DNA of 40,806 nt from the IMG/VR virus record IMGVR_UViG_3300010052_000171, positions 1 through 40,806 of that record; one strand, given 5' to 3'. This DNA comes from a virus. Taxonomy: Duplodnaviria > Caudoviricetes. Position numbers and translations under genes: made by a program. The notes beneath the pieces were generated by a model, which was given only the letters and a program-made list of their open reading frames with translations, ran no database searches and had not been told where the DNA came from. Of the stretch, positions 27,790 to 37,057 are shown piece after piece (position 1 is the first letter of the stretch; every line of letters starts with the position of its first letter).

Positions 27790-28644
27790 TTAGCCGGATT
27801 TGGCCGGCGGATTGGTGGGCGGGGCGAGCAGCCTTTCGAGCTTCTTGATCCGGTCGCGGACGCCGACACGCTCATTGAGCTGGTGCGCCCGCTTGAACTC
27901 GGCCAGCGCGGCGGTGGCCTGGGCCGAGCGCATCACCGGACCTTCGGCTTCGTCTTCGGAGACGCGCAACCGCTCGAGGCCAATCGTCTTGTGCAGCTTT
28001 GCGCGGATCTCGTCGTGCATGTCCGCATTTGCTGTCAGCTCGGCGACGCGGGCGAGGATCGGGAAGGAGAAGGCTTCGCCCGCCTGCTGAATCCGGAGCG
28101 CTGCGCCGGCGATCTCCTCAACGATGAATGCCGGGGCCGAACGCTCATAGCGCGCGGGCAGTGACAGGCCGTGGGCGAGGACATGCTCGACCAGCACCAT
28201 CGCGCCATCGAAGTCGCCCGTGTCGATCCGCCAGATCATGACTGTGGGGAGCACGTCTTCCTCAAGGCCGGTGCCGGCGGCGACCAGGCCTTCGACCCAG
28301 GCGGCGTAGTGCGGGAGCATTTCGCGCTTCGCCTCGATCTTCGCCTCGATCGACTGAATATCGCGCAGGCGGCGCAGATCGGTCTGCAGGCGCAGGTTGA
28401 TCTGCGCGGTCGCGCGCTCGGCCGCGGTGCCCGGGTCGAACTCCGGTGCGGGTTCTGCGACGGGTGCGGCGACGGACTGCGCGAGCGCGCGGTCCCGTGC
28501 GGCGCGGGCGGGCGTCATCGTGAAGGGCAGGGGCGCCGCCGGGATGTCGGCGTGCCCGCCCTCGCTCTCAGATGCGATCGGTTGTGGGTCGGTGGACGTC
28601 GCAGTGGCGGCGTGACGTTCCCGATGGAGGCGAGCTGGGCTCAT
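27790..28644 (-). CDS. M: Terminase small subunit gpM
   Basis: DLRRLRDIQSIEAKIEAKR, TVMIWRIDTGD, DEIRAKLHK, IKKLER. Confidence 0.92.
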   Translation of the reverse strand: MSPARLHRERHAATATSTDPQPIASESEGGHADIPAAPLPFTMTPARAARDRALAQSVAAPVAEPAPEFDPGTAAERATAQINLRLQTDLRRLRDIQSIEAKIEAKREMLPHYAAWVEGLVAAGTGLEEDVLPTVMIWRIDTGDFDGAMVLVEHVLAHGLSLPARYERSAPAFIVEEIAGAALRIQQAGEAFSFPILARVAELTANADMHDEIRAKLHKTIGLERLRVSEDEAEGPVMRSAQATAALAEFKRAHQLNERVGVRDRIKKLERLLAPPTNPPAKSG

Positions 28645-28689
28645 GATCGATCCTGTTGAGTGAGGGCGGACGGGGGCAGGGCGGAAGGC

Positions 28690-29745
28690 TTAAGGCGCCT
28701 TCGGCCCGAGCTGGATGTTCTCGATCAGGCAGGCCTTGCCGTATTCCTCGACCATGAAAGCGTCGTTGATGCTCTCATAGTTCTCGATCTGGTCGAGAGC
28801 CGGCTCATCCTTGATCGCGCGGCGCGCGGTGCCGATCTGCCAATAGTAGGACAGGTTCTTGAGGCTGGTGATCAGGATCGCATTCGGCGGGAAGAACGGC
28901 ACCTGCATCGTCGGCTTGCCGCCGAGCTGGCGGCTCGACAGGATGATGTCGCGCGCGACCTGTTCGGTCGCCTTGTCGCCGGCCTCCGAGACGATCTTGA
29001 AGTATTTCTCGTGCACCAGGTCCGAGCCGACGATCACGACCAGGTCGGTCGCCGTGCGGAACCGCTCGTGTAGCAGGTTCTGGATCGCGTCGAAGACCAG
29101 CGCGTCGAGATTGACATAGTCGGCCGTGCCGACGTCGGATACGTAGACCTTGAGGTCGTCCTTGGACCCGTGGCTCATCACGCGGGCGGGGGCATAGGTC
29201 CGCATCTTGTAGAGCCAGCCATAGTTGACGTCCTGGAGCAGTGGATAGGTGACCCGATTGGTCTCCGCCGCCGCATTGACGCCGTTGAATCCGATGGTGA
29301 TCACATCCTCGGCCTTCTGCACGACGACGGCGTCGCGGCAGAGCTGCTGGAACTCGGGCCGGTGCGCCCATGCGTCGAGCAGGCCATAGCCCCAGGCATA
29401 GTCGTAGTCGGTCTTGCGGCAGTGGTACTGGTCGATCGCGTCGCTGCCGGTCGGGTCGGTCGGCGTGCGGCGGTTGCCGGCGGCGCGGTTCGTGCGGCTC
29501 GCCAGCGAGCGCGAGATGCCGACGCCGACACGGGCACCCTGTTGCTCGACCACCGGAACCACATTGATCCGGCTCATGAAATCGGAGGTCAGCGCGAGCT
29601 TCGCCTGCAGTTTCTGTTCGATCACCGGGGCGACGGCGAACTGCTTCAAATCCCCGGGGATGGCGGTGAAATCCTCAGGCAGATTGTTGAGCCGCGCGAG
29701 CTGACCCACGTAGCGGTTGAAGAGGACTCGGGTGTTCGGCTGCAT
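28690..29745 (-). CDS. N: Major capsid protein gpN
   Basis: LDAWA, IGFNG, PLLQDVNYGWL, VPFFP, NYESINDAFMVEEY. Confidence 0.96.
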   Translation of the reverse strand: MQPNTRVLFNRYVGQLARLNNLPEDFTAIPGDLKQFAVAPVIEQKLQAKLALTSDFMSRINVVPVVEQQGARVGVGISRSLASRTNRAAGNRRTPTDPTGSDAIDQYHCRKTDYDYAWGYGLLDAWAHRPEFQQLCRDAVVVQKAEDVITIGFNGVNAAAETNRVTYPLLQDVNYGWLYKMRTYAPARVMSHGSKDDLKVYVSDVGTADYVNLDALVFDAIQNLLHERFRTATDLVVIVGSDLVHEKYFKIVSEAGDKATEQVARDIILSSRQLGGKPTMQVPFFPPNAILITSLKNLSYYWQIGTARRAIKDEPALDQIENYESINDAFMVEEYGKACLIENIQLGPKAP

Positions 29746-29793
29746 GGGGCGACTCCGGGTGGCGTGGGGGCGTGATGGTGGTGCGGGGCGGGA

Positions 29794-30630
29794 TCAGCAG
29801 TCGGTGGCGAATTGCGCGTCGGGGGCCGCGCCGGTGGCGGGCTGACGGCTAAAGCCATTCTCGGGCGTGCTCTGCAGCTTGCCTTCCAGGGCGGAGAAGC
29901 GCGCGTCGAGCGCAGTCAGGGCGTCCGCATTCGGCTTGATCGCGGCGGCGACCTGCTCGACCACCAACTTGCCCATTTCAGCGGCGAAGCGCGCGGCGTC
30001 GAAATTGTCGTTGGCGGGCTTGACCGGCTGTTCCTTGGGCTTCTCCGGCTCCTTGCTGGTGAACATCGCGCCCAGCTTGGCGAAACCCTGCGCGATCGCG
30101 TCGCTGATCGAAGCGCTGTCCGGTGCCGCCGGCTCGAACTCGACAGCAATCGCTTCGGTGCCGCTCGAGTAGAGTGTGCGGTAAACCGCCGCGGACCGCG
30201 AGAAGCTGAGTTTCTGCGTCGCGATGCTGGCGGGATTGTCCGTGAAGGCGATGTTCACGAGGCCGATCTTCTGCGCCCCGCTATAGTCGGGCGTGAGTTC
30301 CACCGATGGGAAGGGCTTTTGCCCCTTCGCGGACAGATCGACCAGCGCGTCATGGGCGTCGATCTGCGCATACAACGCGCGGCGCTTTTCTGTATTGCCG
30401 GCGATGGTGATGTCGTCGGTCTGCGCCCGCACCGCGATCACGTCACCGTAGCGGTTGAACGGCGGTTCCGGGCTGAATCCCGAAATGTGCTCGATATTGA
30501 TGCCCGGCGTGTAGGTCTCGATGTTGAAGGTCGCGACGATCTCGTCGACCATTTCGGCGGTGACCGTGCGGCCGTCGCTGATCGTCTGACCCTCGACGAA
30601 CGCTCGGAAGAACTTGCTCTTGGTGCCCAT
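29794..30630 (-). CDS. O: Capsid scaffold/protease gpO
   Basis: SKFFR..VEGQT.SDGR, INIEH, TDNPAS, C-terminal TDC. Confidence 0.93.
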   Translation of the reverse strand: MGTKSKFFRAFVEGQTISDGRTVTAEMVDEIVATFNIETYTPGINIEHISGFSPEPPFNRYGDVIAVRAQTDDITIAGNTEKRRALYAQIDAHDALVDLSAKGQKPFPSVELTPDYSGAQKIGLVNIAFTDNPASIATQKLSFSRSAAVYRTLYSSGTEAIAVEFEPAAPDSASISDAIAQGFAKLGAMFTSKEPEKPKEQPVKPANDNFDAARFAAEMGKLVVEQVAAAIKPNADALTALDARFSALEGKLQSTPENGFSRQPATGAAPDAQFATDC

Positions 30631-30730
30631 GATGCTGCGGTCCCTCGGATCTGTTCGATGGTGGCGGCCGCGGCCGCGCTGACATCGGCGAAAGGGGACG
30701 AAGGGGCGGCGCTTCTCAAGCGTGGGAGCT

Positions 30731-30749
30731 TGTAGAGAGGCACTCTACA
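30731..30749. promoter_or_regulatory. Late promoter activator site upstream of O
   Basis: TGTAGAGAGGCACTCTACA. Confidence 0.8.
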
Positions 30750-30851
30750 GGGTGTGTCCCATGAAGTTTCACATGACTGAGAAGGGTGGCCGTAAGTTGT
30801 TTTGCCAACAGAAACGTGGAACAACTTTATGGTTAATCGGGGAGGCGAATC

Positions 30852-32036
30852 ATGGCTATCGTTGACGCGAAAGACTTTCTCAATTCCAAATTGGCGGCCA
30901 AGGCTCAGATCACCAAAAGAGGGGAGCGTCATCGTAAGGAGAAGTATTGCACTTATCCAACTCCTCCATCACCTGTTGTAGTTTTCGGGGTCGGCCCAGA
31001 TAGAGATGCGGGGCAGGGAGTAGGTCGCCGAAGCTGCGATGAAGTGATTGTTACGGAGGGATATAATTACTCGGCGAGTGCTGCGGTTACCTCAACCCGT
31101 ATCGTAAAAGGTGAGCATCCTGTCTTCGGTGCTATCGAGCCTACCGGAATTCCAGAGAATGTAAGGTCTCAGCGTGTCGAGCTAATCAACGGAAGCAAGA
31201 GCGTTCGTCAGACGTATCAGGAGCAGTTCGCGGTCGCTGCACGCGAGTCTGTCACTAGAACATTAACCCACACTGTGCAGACCTCGACCGCGTTTGGAGC
31301 AAATGCAACTTTTGGTGCTTCTGATGTAGGAAGTAAGCAAATTAGCGTTTCGCATACGATCCAAATCACTAATAGCGAGGTGGTTGCTACTCTCATCGAG
31401 AGAACGGTAACCAGGACAACAACGCAGACCTTCAATATCGATCCTGCTGCTAGCGTATCGATAGAGGCATTTGTCTATGAATCGCCTGCGCGTATCCCGT
31501 TCACCATGAAGGTAATCCTGGATGGTGATCTGGAACAGAACGTGAGCGGCGTTTCGGTGGCGAGCGACCTGCTATCGGAAGACGAGCGTATGTTCGTCAT
31601 CGAAGGCTATGTGGATCTGGTCGCAGCATCGAACTTGTTCATCCGGATCAAGGACATTCCACCCGACGGTGTGCCTGAGAGCGATGAAGCGGTGTTGAAA
31701 GTCATCACAGTCGACGGAGATCTGGTGTCGACGGAAAGCCTCCGCGCGTACATCGCCGACAATTTCGTCGCCGCGCATGAATTGCCCGAGGTGCACATGT
31801 CGCCGCTGATTGGCGATGGTCCGGTAATCGGTCCGCCAGACGGCATCCATTATCAGGTGCTGTATAGCTACCCGCGCTACGAGCCGACACCTGCGTGTGG
31901 GTTCAATGACCTCAGCATTCCGAATCAGGGTGAGTTCAACGTCGAGGTCAGAGAGTACAGCCACTACATCGGCGGCTCCCTTGTCCGGCAGTGGCGTGAC
32001 GAGGTTTCGACCTTCAGCCGATGCCACCTCCCTTAG
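30852..32036 (+). CDS. Putative aerolysin / ETX-MTX2-like beta-pore-forming protein
   Basis: Ser/Thr-rich alternating beta strands flanking an amphipathic hairpin, then FNIDPAASVSI...RIPFTMKVILDG. Confidence 0.65.
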   Translation: MAIVDAKDFLNSKLAAKAQITKRGERHRKEKYCTYPTPPSPVVVFGVGPDRDAGQGVGRRSCDEVIVTEGYNYSASAAVTSTRIVKGEHPVFGAIEPTGIPENVRSQRVELINGSKSVRQTYQEQFAVAARESVTRTLTHTVQTSTAFGANATFGASDVGSKQISVSHTIQITNSEVVATLIERTVTRTTTQTFNIDPAASVSIEAFVYESPARIPFTMKVILDGDLEQNVSGVSVASDLLSEDERMFVIEGYVDLVAASNLFIRIKDIPPDGVPESDEAVLKVITVDGDLVSTESLRAYIADNFVAAHELPEVHMSPLIGDGPVIGPPDGIHYQVLYSYPRYEPTPACGFNDLSIPNQGEFNVEVREYSHYIGGSLVRQWRDEVSTFSRCHLP

Positions 32037-32042
32037 GGGCTC

Positions 32043-32741
32043 TCAGGCGATCAGCCGAACTTCCTGGCGGATCGCGGCGATGGCGGGTTCGTCCGCAGGG
32101 GCGACGCGGCGCTCATCGAACAGGATGTAGAACAGGTCGAAGCCGGAGCTGAGCAGGAACAGCCACAGGTCGCCGCGCCCCATCACCTTGGTGACGTCGG
32201 CGCCCAGCTCGATCGAGCGGAGCTTTGGTTTCGTCATACCGGGGATGTCGAACACGGGGCGTTCCTCCCGCTGTTCGAAACGGCGCACCTCCTCAAGGAA
32301 GCGCCGGCCGCGCTGGGTTTCGCAGATGAACGGTTCCTCAGCCTCGACCTTGGCACGGAGTTGCACGAGGCGGGCCGGATCGTAGAAGCCGTATTTGCGG
32401 ATTGAGGGGAGGACTTCGGTTGTGATCCACCGCTTCATCGCTTTGGCCACTGGCTTGCGGCTGGTCAGCAGCAGGCTGTAGAAGCCGCTTTCGTTGATAA
32501 TGGTAACCGACTGCCGGCCACCAAGGGTGTCCATAATGTGGACACCCTTTTCGTAATCCTCGAGCCGAGAGATTACCTGGCGAGGATTTGCGAGATCGAG
32601 GGATCTGGCCACATCGTCACCGACCCACCACGGTTCGCCGTCTCGCATAATCATACGGATGCGGGCCTGCTCGAAGCTGATATAAGCATTGCTTACACCA
32701 GCTTCGGGATGATCCTTGGTCCGATGGGCGAGCGTGTTCAC
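32043..32741 (-). CDS. BRO-N domain protein (antirepressor-like)
   Basis: FEQARIR...GEPWWVGDDVARSL...INESGFYSLLLTSRKPVAK..KRWITTEVLPSIRKYG. Confidence 0.9.
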   Translation of the reverse strand: MNTLAHRTKDHPEAGVSNAYISFEQARIRMIMRDGEPWWVGDDVARSLDLANPRQVISRLEDYEKGVHIMDTLGGRQSVTIINESGFYSLLLTSRKPVAKAMKRWITTEVLPSIRKYGFYDPARLVQLRAKVEAEEPFICETQRGRRFLEEVRRFEQREERPVFDIPGMTKPKLRSIELGADVTKVMGRGDLWLFLLSSGFDLFYILFDERRVAPADEPAIAAIRQEVRLIA

Positions 32742-32911
32742 TTGGCCAAGCCCTTATCGACCAAACGCCGAATGGCCTCGGGGCGGCTTTCGTCCTCGCT
32801 GCGCGCCGCGTCCAAGCGGGCGAGCTGCTCGTCCTGCATGCGCACGCCGATCATCGTTCCTGCCTTTGGAGCGCGGTTCTTTTTCGTGTAATCACGAATT
32901 GACTTGGTCAT
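32738..32911 (-). CDS. Ribbon-helix-helix regulator 1
   Basis: IGVRMQDEQLARLDA...SRPEAIRRLVDKGL. Confidence 0.85.
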   Translation of the reverse strand: MTKSIRDYTKKNRAPKAGTMIGVRMQDEQLARLDAARSEDESRPEAIRRLVDKGLAK

Positions 32912-32936
32912 AATTTTGGCGATAACACGAAAATCA

Positions 32937-32975
32937 GGCCGGAAGGAAGCGGCAACTTCCAACCGGCCCTAACTC
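32937..32975 (+). ncRNA. Conserved leader hairpin, copy 1
   Basis: GGCCGG-AA-GGAAG-CGGCAA-CTTCC-AA-CCGGCC followed by CTAACTC; covaries with the copy at 37081. Confidence 0.6.
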
Positions 32976-32994
32976 GAACCACGGAGCTTACCCG

Positions 32995-33189
32995 ATGGCC
33001 CAAGCTACAAGCGGCAATAGCACAAATCCGCCGGTGTATCGCGCGACGCCGGCATGCGAACGAAACTGCGCGATGTGCGACATCATGTGCGCGGTAATCG
33101 TTGCGACGCGGGATCAGCTTCGCCGTGATCTGGCCCGCGCGGAGGCGGAGGCGCTGGCGATCATGCCGGGACCGATGCGTCTGAACTGA
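32995..33189 (+). CDS. Small Cys4 protein, paralog B (64 aa)
   Basis: NSTNPPVYRATPACERNCAMCDIMCAV; GGAG upstream. Confidence 0.8.
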   Translation: MAQATSGNSTNPPVYRATPACERNCAMCDIMCAVIVATRDQLRRDLARAEAEALAIMPGPMRLN

Positions 33190-33203
33190 CAAGGAAACAG
33201 GCT

Positions 33204-33222
33204 TGTAGAGACCGCTTCTACA
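33204..33222. promoter_or_regulatory. Late promoter activator site upstream of P
   Basis: TGTAGAGACCGCTTCTACA. Confidence 0.8.
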
Positions 33223-33272
33223 AGGCCTGTGAGGCGATGGCGGCGCGTGCGCGTGGCTAGGTTCCGGCCGCC

Positions 33273-35381
33273 ATGCCGCCGATCGACGACACACTTCCCG
33301 CTTCGACCATGCCGATTCCGGTCGATGCGCGCCGCCAGGCGCGCAGCCTGTACTGGCGCGGGTGGGGGATCACCCAGATCGCCGACGAGCTCGCGCTGAA
33401 GCGGCCGACCGTGCAGGCGTGGAAAGACCGCGAGAAATGGGACGATGCGCCGTCGATCGCCAAGGTCGAGGACGCCCTCGAGTGCCGGCTGAACCTGCTG
33501 ATCGCCAAGGAGAGCAAGACCGGCGGCGATTTCAAGGAAATCGACCTGCTGATGCGTGCCGTCGTCTCGGCGGCGCGCGTGCGCCGTTATGAGGCGCCGG
33601 GCGGGCACGAGGGCGACCTGAACGAGAAGGTCGGCAACCGCAACGCCGGCGAGCGCAAGAAGGCGGCGAAGAACCATTTCACGGCCGAGCAGGTCGAGCA
33701 GCTCGAGGCGATCTTCGAGGAGGAGCTGTTCGGATACCAGGAGGATTGGTGGGCGGCGAAGGATCAGCGCACGCGCATGATCCTGAAGTCGCGCCAGATC
33801 GGTGCGACCTGGTATTTCGCGCGTGAGGCGCTGCTCGACGCGTTGCGTGGCGGGGGTAATCAGATCTTCCTCTCCGCGTCGAAGAACCAGGCGCATATCT
33901 TCCGCGGCTATATCATCCAGTTCGCGGCGCGCGTCGGGGTGAAACTGCAGGGCGACCCGATCGTCGTCACTGCCGATACGATGCCGGAGGGCGAGCCGGC
34001 GGCCGAGCTGATCTTCCTGGGCACCAATGCGCGCACGGCGCAGGGTTATCATGGCAATTTCTATTTCGATGAGTTCTTCTGGACCTATGGGTTCGAGGAG
34101 CTGAACAAGGTCGCCAGCGCGATGGCGATGCACAAGCGCTGGCGCCGCACCTATTTCTCCACTCCGTCGAGCGTGGCGCACCAGGCGCACCCCTATTGGA
34201 CGGGCGAGCGCCGAAACCGCCGGGTCAAGAAGGAGGATCGCGTCACGATCGATGTCAGCCATGCCCGGCTGAAGGCGGGCGTGCTGTGCGAGGACAAGAT
34301 CTGGCGCCAAATCGTGACGATCGAGGATGCGGCGGCGCGCGGGTGCGACTTGTTCGATATCGACGAGCTGCGCGTTGAATATGCGCCGGACGAGTTTGCG
34401 AACCTGCTGATGTGCCAGTTCGTCGACGACAGCCTGTCGGCGTTCAAGTTCAACGAGCTGCAGCGCGCGACCGTCGATGCGATCGTCGATTGGCGCGACG
34501 TGGACTTGCTCGGCAAGCGGCCTGTTGGCCAGCGCGCGGTGTGGGCGGGATACGACCCGCAGGAGAGCGAGGAGGGCGACAATGCCGCGTTGGTGATCGC
34601 GCTGCCCCCCGAGGGGCCGGGTGGCAAGTTCCGGCTGCTCGAGCGCTATCAGCTCCGCGGCCTCGATTTCCAGGCGCAGGCCGAGTTCATCATCGGGCGG
34701 CTCGCGCGCTACAACTGCACCTATCTGGGGATCGACGCGACCGGGGTGGGGGCGGCGGTCTATCAGCTGCTGCGCGACCGCATGCGCGGCGTCGCGAAAA
34801 TCGAGTATTCGCTTGAGACGAAGGCGGCGCTGGTGATGAAAGCGCAGCACAGCTTCGCGCGCGGCCGCATCGAGTTCGACGCGGGGTGGATCGACGTCCA
34901 GTCCGCGTTCCTCTCAATCAAGAAGGCGCTGACCGGATCGGGCAGGGCGATCACGTTCAAGGCGAGCCGCAGCGAGGATAGCGGGCATGCCGATCTGGCC
35001 TGGGCCGTCATGCACATCCTGATCAACGAACCCCTGGACGGCAAGGCGCGGCCGAAGACGCGCATGGAGATTATCGATGGCGAAGCGGAAGACGCGGCGG
35101 ATGTCGCGGGCGGAGACGGCGGCGGCTTCGCGTGGAGCCATTGTCGAACAGAAGAACGATGCGGGTGGAATGGCCTTCAGCTTTGGGGATGCGGAGCCGG
35201 TGCTCAACCGCCGCGAGTTGCTCGACCTGTTGGAGTGCCCGCACAATGGCCGCTGGTACGAACCCCCTGTACCCGTCGATGGGCTGGCCCGCGCGTTTCG
35301 CGTGTCGCCGCACCACAGTTCCGCCATCTACCTCAAGCGCAACCTGCTGGCGGCGTCGTTCAAGCCCTCGCCGTTGCTTAG
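33273..35381 (+). CDS. P: Terminase ATPase subunit gpP, reading about 100 aa into the portal gene
   Basis: LKSRQIGATWYFAREA, FLSASKNQA, YFDEFFW, GHADLAWA. Confidence 0.95.
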   Translation: MPPIDDTLPASTMPIPVDARRQARSLYWRGWGITQIADELALKRPTVQAWKDREKWDDAPSIAKVEDALECRLNLLIAKESKTGGDFKEIDLLMRAVVSAARVRRYEAPGGHEGDLNEKVGNRNAGERKKAAKNHFTAEQVEQLEAIFEEELFGYQEDWWAAKDQRTRMILKSRQIGATWYFAREALLDALRGGGNQIFLSASKNQAHIFRGYIIQFAARVGVKLQGDPIVVTADTMPEGEPAAELIFLGTNARTAQGYHGNFYFDEFFWTYGFEELNKVASAMAMHKRWRRTYFSTPSSVAHQAHPYWTGERRNRRVKKEDRVTIDVSHARLKAGVLCEDKIWRQIVTIEDAAARGCDLFDIDELRVEYAPDEFANLLMCQFVDDSLSAFKFNELQRATVDAIVDWRDVDLLGKRPVGQRAVWAGYDPQESEEGDNAALVIALPPEGPGGKFRLLERYQLRGLDFQAQAEFIIGRLARYNCTYLGIDATGVGAAVYQLLRDRMRGVAKIEYSLETKAALVMKAQHSFARGRIEFDAGWIDVQSAFLSIKKALTGSGRAITFKASRSEDSGHADLAWAVMHILINEPLDGKARPKTRMEIIDGEAEDAADVAGGDGGGFAWSHCRTEERCGWNGLQLWGCGAGAQPPRVARPVGVPAQWPLVRTPCTRRWAGPRVSRVAAPQFRHLPQAQPAGGVVQALAVA

Positions 35382-36132
35382 CCGCGCTGCGTTCGAGGCG
35401 TTCGCCCAGGACTATCTTGTCTTCGGGTTCGGCTTCCTCGAGGAGCGGCGCAATGTCCTGGGCGGCGCGATGCGGTACGAGCATGCGCTGGCGAAGTTCA
35501 CGCGCCGCGGCGTGGATGCCGGGCGCTTTTTCTTCGTGCCGGGCGGCGTGCAGGAAACGGAGTTCCGGCCCAGCAGCGTGTTCATGCTGCGCCAGCCCGA
35601 CGTGAACCAGGAGATTTACGGCGTCCCTGAGTATTTGAGCGCATTGCAGTCCGCTCTGCTGAACGAGGCGGCGACGCTGTTCCGGCGCCGCTACTATCTC
35701 AACGGGAGCCATGCGGGGTACATCCTCTATGCCACCGGCGATATCGACGCCGACGATACCGACAAGCTGCGCGACGCGCTGAAGCGGTCAAAGGGGCCGG
35801 GCAATTTCAAGAACCTGTTCGTCCATGCGCCGAACGGGAAGGAAGGGAGCCTGAAGATCCTGCCGATCGCGGAGGTGGCGGCCAAGGACGAGTTTCTGGG
35901 CATCAAGACCGCGACGCGTGACGATGTACTTGCCGCGCATCGTGTGCCGCCCCAGCTCCTTGGCATCGTGCCGGCGCAGGGCACAACGCCGGGCAACCCG
36001 CTGCAGTCGATGGCGATGTTCGTGGTGCTGGAGATCCAGGCGCTGCAGGCGCGGTTCCTGCAGCTCAACGAGGACATTGGACGTGAGCTGATCGCGTTCG
36101 ACAATGCGGCATTGAATATTGCCTCAGATTAG
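35077..36132 (+). CDS. Q: Portal protein gpQ (PBSX family)
   Basis: FSFGDAEPVL, WYEPP, QEIYGVPEYL, SKGPGNFKNLF, AAHRVPPQLLG. Confidence 0.95.
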   Translation: MAKRKTRRMSRAETAAASRGAIVEQKNDAGGMAFSFGDAEPVLNRRELLDLLECPHNGRWYEPPVPVDGLARAFRVSPHHSSAIYLKRNLLAASFKPSPLLSRAAFEAFAQDYLVFGFGFLEERRNVLGGAMRYEHALAKFTRRGVDAGRFFFVPGGVQETEFRPSSVFMLRQPDVNQEIYGVPEYLSALQSALLNEAATLFRRRYYLNGSHAGYILYATGDIDADDTDKLRDALKRSKGPGNFKNLFVHAPNGKEGSLKILPIAEVAAKDEFLGIKTATRDDVLAAHRVPPQLLGIVPAQGTTPGNPLQSMAMFVVLEIQALQARFLQLNEDIGRELIAFDNAALNIASD

Positions 36133-36143
36133 GCCGGAAGACC

Positions 36144-36866
36144 TTATCTTGGAGGGATAAAGCGCAATGATATGTCTGCCATCAGCCTTCTAGCTGCCTT
36201 GAAGGACTCTGGAAGTGCGTCGAATTCGGGCTCAAGATGTTCGGGAGCGACCTTGTACTCACGGGCGTTCGGTCCAATCGCTAGATCAACATTCAGCTGG
36301 GCAACGGTCATGCACCCTCGAATGAGAAATAACTCGCGGCCTCTAAGCGGCCGCCATTCGGCGCGTTCAACCTCTGGGTAGACGCTGAACGCTGCTCTCT
36401 CCCTATCGTTCATGCTCGCGATCATTCCCTTTATCTTATTGTCTTCAAATGATCGCACGTCGGCGTGGTGAGCAAATCTGTTCCGAACACTCTTCATGAG
36501 GCGGATGTCGGCGGCAGTAGTAGGACGAATCCATGACAAAAGTTGCAACAGCATTAGCCGGTCGCTAGCAGTTGCAAGCAGGCCATTGCCTTCATGCACG
36601 GACTTCCATCCCCCTGGCACCTTCAAATTGAAGTGTTGCTCCATGCACGACAGCATTAAATCTTCGGCCAACGCGAAGAGCAGGATTGCAGCGGATCTAT
36701 CTGACTCCCCGACAGCTACCTCGAATACCGCTGTCACTCGCTCAAGCTGCATTTCGTGCTTTGCAGCTGCTTCGCGAGCCTGAGTTACAGCAGCATCATA
36801 GAGTGTCTTAGCTAGTCTCTCGACGCGCTCCTCAGATGCTTCGTTCGTGCCGCCCTCGCTGCTCAT
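36144..36866 (-). CDS. MtlR-like HEPN-fold protein
   Basis: ESDRSAAIL...DIRLMKSVRNRFAH (Rx4H motif). Confidence 0.7.
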   Translation of the reverse strand: MSSEGGTNEASEERVERLAKTLYDAAVTQAREAAAKHEMQLERVTAVFEVAVGESDRSAAILLFALAEDLMLSCMEQHFNLKVPGGWKSVHEGNGLLATASDRLMLLQLLSWIRPTTAADIRLMKSVRNRFAHHADVRSFEDNKIKGMIASMNDRERAAFSVYPEVERAEWRPLRGRELFLIRGCMTVAQLNVDLAIGPNAREYKVAPEHLEPEFDALPESFKAARRLMADISLRFIPPR

Positions 36867-37057
36867 GAGTTGCGGTCATGCTCCAGCCGCTCAGCCAGTA
36901 TCGTGCGGATGGCTACGGACCGACTTAACCCGTGGGATTGAGCCCATACATCCAGCTTCTGACGTAAATCATCCGGCAGTCGCACGGGTACAACCGGAGC
37001 CCTACCTGTCGCTGGTCGGCCTCTTGTTTTGGGTATTACCTTTATTGACCCGCTCAT
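36863..37057 (-). CDS. Ribbon-helix-helix regulator 2 (CopG-like)
   Basis: RGRPATGRAPVVPVRLPDDLRQKLDVWA...SRSVAIRTIL. Confidence 0.85.
   Translation of the reverse strand: MSGSIKVIPKTRGRPATGRAPVVPVRLPDDLRQKLDVWAQSHGLSRSVAIRTILAERLEHDRNS

Noticed and set aside
32995-33189. Cys4 ORFs as radical-SAM or Ogr proteins
   Set aside because: CxxxCxxC is present, but 64 aa is far too short for a radical-SAM barrel and the Cys spacing differs from Ogr
17321-33222. Repeated palindromes as CRISPR repeats or insertion-sequence ends
   Set aside because: They are dispersed, have no spacers or cas/transposase genes, and all sit upstream of late operons
33114-34850. 578-aa minus-strand ORF
   Set aside because: Shadow of the terminase gene
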